Shown: in pieces, positions 14,401 to 28,100 of the stretch
Position numbering within the stretch: position 1 is the first letter of the stretch
Layout of the letters: the number at the start of each line of letters is the position of its first letter
Assembly (NCBI RefSeq): GCF_963921235.1
Contig: NC_086097.1
Span: forward strand, 25,670,001 to 25,734,000
Direction of reading: 5' to 3'
DNA from: Mobula hypostoma
Lineage: Eukaryota
DNA: 64,000 nt
Made by a program: the position numbers and the translations under genes
Notes under the pieces: model-generated
What the model saw: the letters and a program-made list of their open reading frames with translations, nothing else
What the model was told of the DNA's origin: nothing
The model's database searches: none

Positions 14401-17073
14401 CATCCACTTTGCCAAAATAAACAGAACAGTATTCATTAAAATGGAGATTTAATGACATCAATGTACATAAGGAGCTGGAAGTCCTTACGCAGGAGTCACT
14501 GAAATTTAACATGTAGCAGCAACAAGCAATGAGGATGACATACAGTACGTTGTACTCAAATCTTCTTACAAGAACAGCCAAGAGGAGAGATGGTGAAACC
14601 ACATCTAGAATATTGTGTATAGGTCTCCCTGCCCAAAGGAAGATAGAGAGAGTGCAGCAAAGATCTCCATTGGGCACACCTACAAAGAGCATTGCCAATA
14701 GAAAGCAGAATCCATCATCAAAAACCCCCACCAGCCAGGCCATGCTCTCTTCTTGTTGCTACCATCGGGAAAGAGGTACAAACAAAATTCTGGAGGAACT
14801 CAGCAAGACAGGCAACATCTATAGAAAAGAATAAGCAGTCAATGTTTTGGGCAGAGATCCTCTTCGGGTCTGAGACGGAAGGGGGAAGATGCCAGAATAA
14901 AAAGGTGGAGGGGGGAGGGGAAACACAGTAGCTTCCCCTTCATTCTCAGTCCTGAAGAAAGGTCTTAGTCCGAAACTTCAACTGTTTCTTTTCCAAAAAT
15001 GTTGCCTGACCTACAGAGGTTCTCCAGCATTTTGTGTGATGCTTTGGATTTCCAGCATCTGCAGACTTTCTGTTATTTAGGAAGGAGGTACAGGAGCCTT
15101 AGATCCCACACCACTGGATTCAGGAACAGTTATTATCCTTCAACCATCAGGCTCCTTAACCAACACGGATAACTTCACCTACCTCACATTGAACTGATAC
15201 CACAACCTATGGACTCACTACAACTCATGTTCTCAATATTATTTACTATATTTTTTTTTGTATTTGCACAATTTGTCTTCAATTGCACATAGGCTGTCTG
15301 TCTTTGTGTGAAGTTTTTCATTGATTCCATTGTATCTACTGTGAATGCCCGCAAGAAAATGAATTTCAGGGTAGTATATAGTGACCTAAACATACTTTGA
15401 TAATAAATTACTTTAAACTTTGACTGATTCTGGGATGTTGGATATTGTTACACAAAGAAAGTTTAAGCTAACTAGGCCAAAACTCCAGCAATTTTTGTAC
15501 CTCCTGCAAACTTACTAATCAGTCCACTTGCATTTTTGTCCAAATCATTTATATATCGCAAACAATAGAGGTCTTAGAACTGACCCCCACCACTGGCCAC
15601 AAGCCTCCACCACTGCCCTGTCTTCTATGACCAAGACAATGTCCAATCCAATCTACAAAGTCGATATGGATCCTATGTGTCATAATCATCTGGGCCAGCC
15701 TACCACAAGGGACCGTGTTCCATGTAAACAACATCCACTGCCCTACCCTTATCACCTCCTCAAAACAGTTTATTATTTATTTTATTGAGATACAGCATGG
15801 AACAGGCCTTTCCAGCCCTTCAAGCCATGCCACCTAGCAACCCCCAATTTAATCTTAGCCTAATCATGGGGCAACTTACAATGACCAATTCACCTATTAA
15901 CCAGTACGTCTTTGGACTGTGGGAGGAAACTAGAGCACCTAGAGGAAACCCATACATTCCACAGGTACACGTATAGACTCATTTCAGATGACATTGGATT
16001 TCAGAGTTCAATTCCAACTCTAACGTAGTAGCATCGCGCAAACGGCTACACTGACCTATCCAGCACAAAACCATGGTGACTATCCCAAATATGTTTATGT
16101 TTTCCCAATTGTGTGTAAATCCTATCCCCAATGATTTCCCTACCACTGATGTAGGCTCACTGGCCTATAATTTTCCTAGTTCATCCCTCATGTCCTTCTT
16201 AACTAATGGAACAGCATTAGCTCTTCTCCAGTCTTCTGAGACCTCACTAGTGGCTAAAGCAGTTCTGAAGACTTCTGTCAGAAACCTCCAGAAATCTGCC
16301 AGATGGTCTGCCAGAAATCTACTCTCTTGCCTCTGGAAAAAAAAAACCTGAGATAGATCCTGTCAAATCCCAAGGAATTGCCCACTTTAATGTTCTTCAA
16401 AAGAACATTATGTTCCTCAAGGACCCAAAGCCAACTCCTTCCTGGTATCAGCATGCATTTCAGCACAAAACGGGATATTATGACAACACAGAATAACAGG
16501 ATAACATAGAAAATAAATTGTCACTTCTTGTAAAAACAAGACATCACATTAAGGTTTTTCTGCCTATTTCTCTCAATTTCGCATCTTTAGAGAATGATAC
16601 CTGGAACCAATCTACAAAAGGGAAATATAATGCAGGGAAATAAAATAATGCAGAACAGTATAGGCCCTTCAACCTATGATGCTGTACTAGTCTTTCAACT
16701 ACTCTAAGATCATTCTAACCCTTCCCTCCTGCATAACCCTCAATTTTTCTTTCATGTATGAGCCTATCAAAGAGTTTCTTTAAAGTTCCCAAAGTTTCTG
16801 CCTCTACTACCACTCTGGCAGGACATTCCAAACACCTACCACTTTGTGTAAAAACCTACCTCTGATACTTCCCCTAAACTTTTCTCTAAACACCCTCAAA
16901 ATTGTACCCGGTTATAGTAGCTAGTTCTGCCCGAAGAAAAAGTCTTCGGCTGTCCAATATCTCTACACACCTCTATCATTTCACTTCTCATCCTCCTCTC
17001 CATAGAGAAAAGCCCTGCCTTATTTACCCTATCCTCATAAGATATGCTCTCTAATCCAGGCAGCACATTGTAT

Positions 17074-17571
17074 TGTTAAGGCTTAATCTTTGGGCTTGTC
17101 AAATGCCTTCACTACCACTGCGGCCTTGAGCACATCAGAACTAGCTGCTGAAGCTTTGATTACTACTGTGAGAATACTATACAGCAACAATGAGAATGCA
17201 AGATTATGGAATACACTAGTGAGAACATGAAAGTTGGGTGAACACTGGGGTGGGACTCATGAACAGTGGTGACAAATGATGACTGGTTCCAGTTCAGTGG
17301 TTTGAGCTAGTGCTAACATATTGGTCCAGTTACTACGGTGAAGCGAGAACAAATATAAAGTATTGGGGGGGGGGAGAAATCTCAAGAGCAGTTCTTCAAG
17401 GCCTCACCGAGGGGCTGATCACAAACAGCGTTGCGGATCACAGAATGGGAGGCATGCGGCAGTGAGGGAGTACCCATGCATATTTTAATGCTTGCTCTGT
17501 TCTGTTCTAATAAACATAATTATAAGTAGATAATTGGGGTTTGTGTCTTTCTGCCTATCTGGACCTAATTC
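17074..17571 (+). mobile_element. Candidate solo LTR; last ~15 nt possibly displaced to 22431-22445 by a CR1 insertion
   Basis: Starts TGTTA; contains TATAAA and AATAAA; a TAACA end lies beyond the CR1. No clear TSD. Confidence 0.4.
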
Positions 17572-18767
17572 ATAAGACCATAAGACAAAGGAGCAGAAGT
17601 CGGCCATTTGACCCATCGAGTCTGCTCCGCCATTTTATCATGAGCTGATCCATTCTCCCATTTAGTCCCACACCCCCGCCTTCTCACCATAACCTTTGAT
17701 GCCCTGGCTACTTAGATACCTATCAATCTCTGCCTTAAATACACCCAATGACTTGGCCTCCACTGCTGCCCATGGCAACAAATTCCATAGATTCACCACC
17801 CTCTGACTAAAAAAATGTCTTCGCATTTCTGATCTGAATGGGTGCCCTTCAATCCTTAAGTCATGCCCTCTTGTACTAGACTCCCCCATCATGGGAAACA
17901 ACTTTGCCACATCCACTCTGTCCATACCTTTCAACATTCGAAATGTTTCTGTGAGATCTCCCCTCATTCTTGTAAGCTCCAAGGAATACAGTCCAAGAGC
18001 AGACAAACATTGCTCATATGTTAACCCTCTCATTCCCGGAATCATTTTAGTGAATCTTCTCTGTACTCTCTCCAACGTCAGCACATCCTTTCTTAAATAA
18101 GGAGACCAAAACTGCCCACAGTACTCCAAGTCAGGTCTCACCAGCACTTTATAGAGCCTCAACATCACATCCCTGCTCCTATACTCTATTCCTCTAGAAA
18201 TGAATGCCAACATTGCATTCGCCTTCTTCACCACCGACTCAACCTGGAGGTTAACCTTAAGGGTATCCCATATGAGGACTCCCAAGTCCCATTGCATCTC
18301 AAAACTTTGAATTCTTTCCCCATTTAAATAATAGTCTGCCCGTTTATTTCTTCTGCCAAAGTGCATAACCATACACTTTCCAACATTGTATTTCATTTGC
18401 CACTTCTTTGCCCATTCTTCCAATCTATCCAAGTCTCTCTGCAGACTCTCCATTTCCTCAGCACTACCGGCCCCTCCACCTGTCTTCATATCGTCAGCAA
18501 ACTTAGCCACAAAGCCATCTATTCCATAATCCAAATCGTTGATGCACAATGTAAAAAGAAGTGGCCCCAACACTGACCCCTGTGGAACACCACTGGTAAC
18601 CGGCAGCCAACCAGAATAGGATCCCTTTATTCCCACTCTTTGTTTCCTGCCAATCAGCCAACACTCTATCTACATATGTAACTTTCCCATAATTCCATGA
18701 GCTCTTATCTTGTGGTATGTGTGGCACCTTGTCAAAGGCCTTCTGAAAATCCAAATATACAACATCC

Positions 18768-19142
18768 TCTCTCACTCTCCTTTTTCTCCCTCTGTCCCTC
18801 TGAATATACCTCTTGCCCATCCTCTGGGTCACCCCCCCCCGTCTTTCTTCCCGGACCTCCTGTCCCATGATCCTCTCGTATCCCCTTCTGCCTATCACCT
18901 GTCCAGCTCTCGGCCCTATCCCTCCCCCTCCTGTCTTCTCCTATCATTTTGCATCTCCCTCTCCCCCTCCAGCTTTCAAATCCCTTACTCACTCTTCCTT
19001 CAGTTAGTCCTGACGAAGGGTCTCAGCCTGAAACGTCGACTGCGCCTCTTCCTATAGATGCTGCTTGGCCTGCTGCGTTCACCAGCAACTTTGATGTGTG
19101 TTGCTTGAATTTCCAGCATCTGCAGAATTCCTGTTGTTTGTG
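18768..19142 (+). mobile_element. Penelope-derived short insertion with hammerhead motif
   Basis: 12-bp TSD tatacaacatcc at 18756-18767 and 19143-19154, inside the CR1 RT. Confidence 0.85.
19006..19041 (+). ncRNA. Minimal type I hammerhead ribozyme motif
   Basis: agtc-CTGACGA-a-gggtctcagcct-GAAA-cg-TC-gact; helix I agtc/gact; palindromic ACGT helix III. Confidence 0.75.
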
Positions 19143-20952
19143 TATACAACATCCACTTCATCTCCCTTGTCTAGCCTACTTGTAATTTCCTCAAAAAATT
19201 GTAATAGGTTTGTCAGGCAGGATTTTCCTTTAAGGAATCCATGCTGAGTTCTGCCTATCTTATCATATGCCTCCAGGTACTCTGTAACTTCATCCTTGAC
19301 AATCGACTCCCCAACAACTTCCCAACCACCGATGTCAAGCTGACAGGTCTATAATTTCCTTTTTGCTTCCTTGCCCCCTTCTTAAATAGCGGAGTGACAT
19401 TTGCAATCTTCCAGTCCTCCAGAACCATGCCAGGATCTATCGACTTTTGAAAGATCATCGCTAATGCCTCCGCAATCTCCACAGCTATTTCCTTCAGAAC
19501 ACGAGGGTGCATTCCATCTGGTCCAGGAGATTTATCTACCTTTAGACTATTCAGCTTCCTGAGTACTTTCTCTGTCGTAATTGTGACTGCGCACACTTCT
19601 CTTCCCTGTCACCCTTGAGTATCCGATATACTGCTGATGTCTTCCTCAGTGAAGACTGATGCAAAATACTCGTTCAGTTCCTCTGCCAACTCCTTATCGC
19701 CCATTACAATTTCTCCAGCATCATTTTCTATCAGTCCTATGTCTACTCTCACCTGTCTTTTGCTCTTTATATACTTGAAAAAGCTTTTAGTATCCTCTTT
19801 GATATTATCTGCTAGCTTCCTTTCATAGTTAATCTTTTCCCTCTTAATGACCTTCTTAGGTTCCTTTCGTAAGCTTTTAAAAACTTCCCAATCCTCTGTC
19901 TTCCCACTAATTTTTGCTTCCTTGTATGCCCTCTCCTTTGCTTTAATTTTGGCTTTGACTTCTCTTGTCAACCATGGTTGCATCCTTTTCCATTCGAAAA
20001 TTTCTTTTTTTGGAATATACCTGTCTTGCACCGTCCTCACTTCTCGCATAAACTCCAGCCACTGCTGCTCTGCCATCTTTCCCGCCAATGTCCCTTTCCA
20101 GTCAACTTTGGCCAGTTCCTCTCTCATGCCACTGTAATTTCCTTTACTCCACTGAAATGCCAACACATCAGATTTTGGCTTCTCTTTTTCAAATTTCACA
20201 GTGAACTCAATCATGTTATGATCACTGTCTCCTAAGGGTTCCTTCACCTCAATCTCTCTAATCACCTCTGGTTCATTACACAATACACAATCCAGTACAG
20301 CCGATCCCCTAGTGGGCTCAACAACAAGCTGTTCTAAAAAGCCATCTCGCAGACATTCTACAAATTCTCTCTCTTGAGATCCAGTGCCAACCTGATTTTC
20401 CCAATCCACTCGCATTTTAAAACCCCCACAATTATCATAACACTGCCCTTTTGACAAGACTTTTCTATTTCCTCTTGTAATTTGTAGTCCACATCAATGC
20501 AGCTGTTTGGAGGCCTATAAATAACTGCCATCAGGGTTCTTTTACCCCTGCAATTTCTTAGCTCAACCCATAAAGATTCTGCACCTTCTGATCCTATATC
20601 ACCTCTTTCTAATGATTTAATATCATTTCTTACCAGTAAAGCCACGCCTCCCCCTCTGCCTACCTTCCTATCCTTGCGATACACTGTGTATCCTTGGACG
20701 TTCAGCTCCCAGAGACATGCATCCTTTAGCCACGTCTCAGTGATGGCCACAATATCATACCTGCCAATCTGTAGCTGTATGACAAGATCATCCACTTTAT
20801 TCCTTATGCTGCGTGCATTTAAGTATAACACCTTAAGACCAGTATTTGCTACTTTTCGCTTTGATTTCACTGCAACTTTATTGCACTGCAACTCATCCCA
20901 ACGGCTACAAATTTGCCCCATCACCTGCCTGTCTTTCCTGACATCTTTACTG

Positions 20953-21455
20953 TCATAGTCATACTTTATTGATCCCGGGGGAAATTGGTTTTCGTTACAG
21001 TTGCATCATAAATAATAAATAGTAATAGAATCATAAATAGTTAAATAGTAATATGTAAATTATGCCAGTAAATTATGAAATAAGTCCAGGACCAGCCTAT
21101 CGGCTCAGGGTGTCTGACCCTCCAAGGGAGGAGTTGTAAAGTTTGATGGCCACAGGCAGGAATGACTTCCTATGATGCTCTGTGCTGCATCTCGGTGGAA
21201 TGAGTCTCTGGCTGAATGTACTCTTGTGCCCACCCAGTACATTATGTAGTGGATGGGAGACACTGACCAAGACGGCATGCAACTTAGACAGCATCCTCTT
21301 TTCAGACACCACCGTGAGAGAGTCCAGTTCCATCCCCACAACATCACTGGCCTTACGGATGAGTTTGTTGATTCTGTTGGTGTCTGCCACCCTCAGCCTG
21401 CTGCCCCAGCACACAACAGCAAACATGATAGCACTGGCCACCACAGACTCATAGA
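20953..21455 (-). mobile_element. Rex1/Babar 3' fragment inserted in CR1
   Basis: ORF 21097-21459 (FYESVVASAI...SHPLH); tactg duplicated at both sides. Confidence 0.8.
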
Positions 21456-22755
21456 ACACTATCTTAGTAGAACACTACTGCTCACTATCTTAGATTTATT
21501 TCTGTCTTCCCCTTCCTCCACTCTATCATTCCAGTTCCCATCCCCCTGCCAAATTAGTTTAAACCCTCTCTAACAGCTCTATTAAACTTTCCCGCCAGGA
21601 TATTGGTCCCCTTAGGGTTCAGATGTAACCTGTCCTTTTTGAATAGGTCATACTTCCCCCAGAAGAGATCCCAATTATCCAAGAATCTGAAGCCCTGCCC
21701 CCTGCACCAGTCTCTCAGCCACACATTCATCTGCCTGATCCTGCTATTCTTGCCCTCGCTAGCACATGGCACAGGTAGCAATCCCGAGATTACTACCCTG
21801 GAGGTCCTGCTTCTCAGCTTCCTTCCTAACTCCCAGAAATCTCTCTTCAGGACCTCCTCCTTTGTCCTATCTATGTCACTGGTACCAACACGTACCAAGA
21901 CAACTGGCTGCTCACCCTCCCCCTTTAGAATATTCAGGACCCGATCCGAGACATCCCATACCCTGGCACCTGGCAGGCAACACACCATGCGGATATCTCT
22001 ATCAGGCTCACAGAATCTCCTGTCCGTTCCCCTGACTATGGAATCCCCTACGACTACCGCATTCCTCTTCTCCCTCCTTCTCTCCTGCACAACAGTGCCA
22101 GGCTCAGTGCCAGAGACCCGGTCACCGTGGGCGTCCCCAGTCAGGTCATCCCCCTCAACAGCATCTAGAACAAGTTATTTGTTGCTGAGGGGGACAGCCA
22201 CAGGTGTGCTCTCCACTATCTGGGCATTTCCCTTCCCTCTGTTGACAGTGACCCAGTTTTCTGACCCCTGTAGCCTAAGGATAACTACCTCCCTGTAGCT
22301 CCTGTCGATCACCTCTTCACTTTCCCTGATAAGCAGTAGATCATCAAGCTGCAGCTCCAGATCCCTAACACTGTCTCTGAGGAGCTGCATCTCGATGCAC
22401 CTGGCACAGGTGTGGCCATCAGGGACCTTTTGGTAAAAAGTAACATTCTCTCTAAAGCTTCCATATCCTTCTGATAATGAGGTAACCAGAACTGAACGCA
22501 ATATTCCAAATGTGGTCTAACCAGAGCTCTATGAAGCTGCAACATTACCTTGTGGCTCTTGAATTCAATCTCCCGACTAATGAAGGCCAACATATCATAC
22601 ACCTTCTTAACCACCCTATCAACTAGCATTTTTCTTTTATCTATATGCCTAACCAAGAGTCTCTTACATCTTTGAGGAAACTATTGACGTGAACCTCAAG
22701 ATCCCCCTGCTCCGTCATAGTTAAGAATATTGCCATTAACCCTGCATTATGCCTT

Positions 22756-22988
22756 TTGTGGGAACGTGGCCAAGTGGTTAAGGCGTTCGTCTAGTGATCT
22801 CAAGGTTGCTAGTTTAAGCCTCAACTGTGGCAGCGTGTTTGTGTCCTTGAGCAAGGCACTTAATCACACATTGGTCTAGTGTCTGTGCGAGGAGTGGCGC
22901 CCCACACAGACTTCAATCTGCACCTTGTAAGGCATGAAAATGCCCAACGCAGGCCTCCCATGGTCTGAGTCGACGTTCCCTCCCTCTC
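22756..22988 (+). mobile_element. tRNA-derived SINE with CORE-like segment
   Basis: A box tggccaagtgg; degenerate B box gtttaagcc; gtgtccttgagcaaggcacttaa; near-TSD tatgccttt/tataccttt. Confidence 0.75.
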
Positions 22989-23384
22989 TATACCTTTAAG
23001 TTCAACTTTCCAAAATGAATCATTTCACATCTTTCTGGCTGGAAGGTTGGCAACCCAATCTTCTTGTCCATAAAGCCAATGGAATGAAAAGCAGGTGCTG
23101 TGCAAAATAGGTGACATATTCAGGAACACCAGATTTATCACTGTCAAAATATCATCATCAGCTGTTTAAGTGATTTTTTAAATCACTTAATATACAACTA
23201 CAAACATGCAGAGTGAAAAGATTCATTCTTATCCCTTATTATACACATTCAATCTTTGAATTTCTCCCCCATCCCCCGAGTATTGCAGAGAAAATACTAA
23301 ATTTTTCAAGAAATCAAAGTAATTAGCAGGTCTTTCAATACAAGCTTCAAGTTACCATAAACACATTGGAAATGTACACCTCAC

Positions 23385-23501
23385 CTCCTGCAGTTGCACT
23401 GCTATCTGCCCTAGCTGATCCTGGCGTTGTTCTGTTAATTGTCGCTCAGTTCTCATTTCCTTTTCAATTTCTTGAAGGCGCCTCTCAACCCTTTCTGACA
23501 C
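23385..23501 (-). CDS. CEP128: CEP128 coding exon: VSERVERRLQEIEKEMRTERQLTEQRQDQLGQIAVQLQE
   Basis: Acceptor gtttaatag| and donor |gtgagg; 117 nt, phase 0 to 0. Resembles human VSDRVERRLQELEREMRTERELVERRQDQLG. Confidence 0.93.
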
Positions 23502-24564
23502 CTATTAAACACAAGACCAAGAAAGTTTGTTGCTAGGAAAGGGAAGTTTATTAGATTTAATATGCTGGCAACACTTACAGAGCAATGCCTCCTCTAATAA
23601 ATAAAATAATTAATATTCATTGGGTCTGGAGGCACCTGTAAAAATTGACACAGGTTTAACATTTCAGGTCCAAGACCTTCAATCAGATGCCTGTTTATTA
23701 ATTTCCCTTCACCAGTCAAACTGCTGGAATGAAAACATTTGTCATTTGCAACACGGCTGAGTTGCAAATGACACAGGTTAAGATGAAAGGAGAGATGTTT
23801 AAGGGGAATCATGAGGGGAAGCTTCTTCACTCAGAGGGTGGTGAGGATGTGAAACAAACTGCTAGCAGAAGCAGTGGATAGGGGTTTGATTTAAGAGAAA
23901 TTGGATAGTTACATGGATGGGAGGGGTACAGAGCTCTACGGTCCGGGTGCAGGGCGATGGGACTAGGCAGGATAATAATTCAGCACAGACTGGAAGGGCC
24001 AAAAGGCATGTTCTATGAGAGTATGATAGTTCAAAGTTCAAAGCAAATGTATTACCAAAATATGGATATGTCACCACACTATCTTAAATTTGTTTTCTTA
24101 CAGGCATTTACAGTAGAACAGAGAAATACAAAAAAAAATCGATGAAAAATTACTCGAAGACAAACAACCAATGTTCAAAAGAAAAACTGCAAATATACAG
24201 ACAGATAAATAGACGAATGAATGGATAAAAAGATAGATTACTAACACTGTTAACATGAGTTAGGAGTACTTGAAAATGGTGAGTCCATAGTTTTTGGAAT
24301 CACTTCAGAGTTGAGATGAGTGAAGTTATCCATGCTGGTTCAGGAGCCTGATGGTTGAAGGATAATAACTGTTCTCAACAAAATCCAAAACACAAATTGC
24401 TTTTACACTAAAGCAGCATAGTGGGGGAGAAACATCCTTTAATGAACAGCTACTGTTCTAGAAGCAAAAGTTATCACAGCATGGTGTAAATATAGTTAAA
24501 ATTAATAGCAAGAAAAAGTGGAAATTAGCAATCTCAATCAACAGCTAGTCCGAGGTAGCTAGAG

Positions 24565-24830
24565 GCAACACAGTACTATAGCAGCGCAACGCTTACAGTA
24601 TCAGCTGTGAGATCAGGGTTCAATTCCCATTACTGTCAGTAAGGAGTTTGTTCTTCCCATGACCACGTGGGTTTCCACCAGGTGCTCCAGTTTCCTCCCA
24701 CATTCCAAGATGTAGGTTAGGATTAGTGAGTTGTGGGCGTGTTCCCAGCACGATTCTTGCTGATTTGATTTGCCACAAGATGATGCACTCCACTGTATGT
24801 TTCGATGTACATGTGAAAAATAGAGCCAAT
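24565..24830 (+). mobile_element. V-SINE (HE1-like); related copies at ~10985-11260(-), 15790-16050(-), 49160-49350(-), 57650-57960(+), 61400-61657(+)
   Basis: B box ggttcaattccc followed by V-domain-like ggagtttg...gggtttccaccaggtgctccagtttcctcccaca. Confidence 0.7.
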
Positions 24831-25150
24831 CTTTTTCTCAGGATAGCATATGGTGACATATACATATACACTTTGATAATAAAGTTACTTCAAATTTGAA
24901 CTTTAATAATGTAGTACTGTTTTCCCCAAGAGAGGGGGCCAAAGAGCAACACAAATCCTGCTGAACACTATTCAAATTTTTAAAAATGCCAAAGCAGAAA
25001 TCCGTTCCACAAACTTTAAACAGTCAGGACTAATGCTAAAAATGAAAGGGTACATTCAAGAATCAATGCAGTAACATGTATTTGAAATACAGTAGGACAA
25101 GCTGTTGCTGGTGGAAAAACAAACAAGATTTATATGCATTGTGGAACATA

Positions 25151-28100
25151 AGGAAAGATTACCAAGGTTGTCAAGCCGAGGGGTGGTGGTGGGGACAAGC
25201 TCCCACTACCTAAAAGTGCTCCTCACTGCATGCGCCTCAAGTAGCCTTTGACAACTAAGTCCAGCTCCTGGCCTTCTCGTGTGGCTTAGCCTCTAAGACC
25301 GGCAGAACTGTTTCTACTGACAGGAGAAGGGGCAAAGGCAGGTCCTGGCGCCTTAAACCCAGTGCTTCGGGTAGATGGAGCTCATCAGCCTGGGAAGGCA
25401 GTCCATCTAACAGAGAGAAACCCTGATTTCAAACCTCCGCTGCCTTGCGGCCATACCCACTGATGGGAAAGGCTTCCGGAGTAAACCCTGAGGACAAATC
25501 CGGAGCTGGAGTTCCTAAGGCAGTCTGATATTGCCTTCAACCTCGTTCTGATAATTCCTGCGACGACACCGGTGCCAAGCTGTATCGGCCTTTGCCCTTC
25601 CCTTGGACAACATCGGTGTCGTGGAGAGGGGAGACTTGCAGCATGGGCAACTGCCAGTCTTCCATACAATCTTGCCCAGGCCTGCGCCCTGGAGAGTGAA
25701 GACTTCAGCGTCGCCTCACCGCGACAGCACAACACAGAAAGCAGCAGTCTACCAGTTATAAACCTGCGCTCGACTGGCATAGAGCAAGGCGCCAGGGGTT
25801 GCTTTCGACAGAGGGAGAGACCATCGCGTCTCACTGGACAGCTACCGGCCGCCTCAAGCTGGGCAGCCCCCCAACAATTAGGGGCTGTCCCTCCCCAGTC
25901 CGCCCGCTCCACTGGGTGCGTGGGGCTTAGGGATACAAGTAGCCCAAACTGCGGACTGTAAACGCTGCACCAAGCACAACTAGAAGACAAAGAAAGAAGC
26001 CAGCACTCAGACTAGGATGCTGGAATATACAGACCATGACAACTGGTATATCAGATGACCTTCGGGAGATCAGCGACACACGCAAGGCAGCAGTGATTAA
26101 CAATGAACTGTCGAGACTCCAAGTGGACATTGCAATGCTCCAATAGACACGTCTCGCAGAATCGGGTACCCTATGTGAAAGAGACTATACCTCCTTCTGG
26201 CAGGGGAAGGGCTTAGACGAGACCAGAGAGCATGGTGTCGGCTTTGCCGTGAAGAACTCGCTGCTGAAGATGGTAGAGCCTATCGAGAAAAAGACAGAGC
26301 GGATTTTCTCACTTCGACTCCACACATCCGATGGGCCTGTCAACCTTGTCAGCATCTATGCCCCAACCCTCTACTCTACACAAGACACAAAGGACAAGTT
26401 CTACGACCAGCTCTCAATGATGATACAGGAGATCCCAAGTCAGGAACAGTTGCTGCTACTTGGTGACACTGAACGCCAGAGTGGGCGCCAACCATGACTC
26501 CTGGCCAAGCTGCCTGGGGCGGTATGGGATTGGCAGCATGAATGACAACGGGCAACGACTGCTCGAGCTTTGCATGCTCCACAAAATGTGTGTCACCAAC
26601 ACCTACTTCCAGACCAAAGCTCAGCGCAAAGTGTCTTGGCAGCATCCCCACTCCAAATACTGGCACTAGTTAGATCTGATAATCACAAGATGCCGTCACC
26701 TGAGAAACGTGCTCATGACTCACCCCTTTCAGAGTGCCGACTGCGACACAGATCACTCTCTGGTTTGCTGCAAGATCAGACTTCGGCCGAAGAAGATGCA
26801 CTGCGCCAAGCCTCTAGGCAAGCAGCACATCGATGCCAGTAAGACACAGCACCCAGACATAGCTGCAGAGTTCATCAGGTCATTGGATGATGCTCTCCTT
26901 GCAGACCCACCAGAAGGAGATGCTCAGCAGAGACCAGATTCTCTCAGGGACACTATCCACAGCACCGCACCCAAGGCCTTTGGGAAGAAACGGGGCAAGA
27001 TACAGGACTGGTTTGAAGCGAGCTCAAGTAAGCTCACCCCTGTCATCGAGGTGAGTGTGTTGCACTACTAGAGCACAAACGCCACCCCACCCAGGCAACA
27101 CTGCAAGCACTAAGGACAGCAAGAAGCAAGGCCCAGGAAACAGCCAGACGCTGTGCAAATGACTACTGGCTACAACTATGCGAAAGCATTCAGTCACCAT
27201 TTGACACAGGCAACATCCGTGGAGTGTACGAGGGGATCAAGAAAGCCATTGGACCAACCCAGAGCGAGACAGCACCATTGAAAACTGTAACAGGCGAGAC
27301 CATCAATGACAAAGGCAAACAGATGGAGAGATGGGTGGTGCATTACTCTGAACTCTTCTCCAGAGAAAACAGCATCTCGGACAGCGCGCTAGACGCTGTG
27401 GAATGCCTGCCTGTCATGGAGAACTTGATGCATTGCCGACTGCCGAAGAGTTGAGTAAAGCCATCGACAGCCTGCCCACTGGGAAGGCACCAGGATTGGA
27501 TGGCATTCCACCACAGGCCATCAAATGTGCAAAGGGCATCCTGCTAAACCACCTGCATGAACTACTGTGCCAGTGCTGGACAGAGGGAACAGTGCCGCAA
27601 GACATGAGAGACTGCAAGATTGTCACCATATATAAGAACAAACAGGACAGAAGCAACTGTAACGGCTACAGGGGAGTCTCCTTGCTGAGCATCGTTGGGA
27701 AGGTCTTCACCCACGTGGTCCTGAACAGACTGCAGAAAATAGCTGAAAGGGTATATCCCAAGTCTCAGTGCAGTTTCAGGTCGGAACGCTCCACAATCGA
27801 CATGATCTTCTCCCTTTGACAGCTACAAGAGAAATGCAGAGAGCAAGGACAACCACTCTGCGTCGCTTTCACTGACCTTATGAAGGCCTTCGACCTTGTG
27901 AGCAGAGACGGCCTGTTCAAAATCCTCGCCAGGATTGGTTGTCCCCCGAGGCTCCTCAGGATAGTTCAGTCATTCCACACAGACATGAAGGGCGTCGTTC
28001 AGTTCGACGGCTCTTCTTCGGAAGCCTTCAACATCTGCAGCGGTGTGAGGCAGGGCTGTGTGCTTGCCCCCACCCCTGTTTGGCATCTTCTTCGCAGTCA

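Larger units (their letters stand above)
17572..22428 (-). mobile_element. Near full-length CR1 LINE: ORF1 (zinc finger + SGNH esterase-like) and ORF2 (APE + RT), frameshifted, with two nested insertions
   Basis: ORF1 HTCARC...VGDSIVR...HLN; ORF2 YLNARSI, ITETWL, PGPDG, GVPQGSVLGP, KFADD; (GTCTTATG)n tail. Confidence 0.93.

Noticed and set aside
21603..22298. 231-aa plus-strand ORF and many similar short ORFs
   Set aside because: Antisense or shadow frames of transposon coding sequence.
22759..22830. tRNA gene
   Set aside because: Degenerate B box, no proper acceptor stem, and it continues into a SINE body with a near-TSD.
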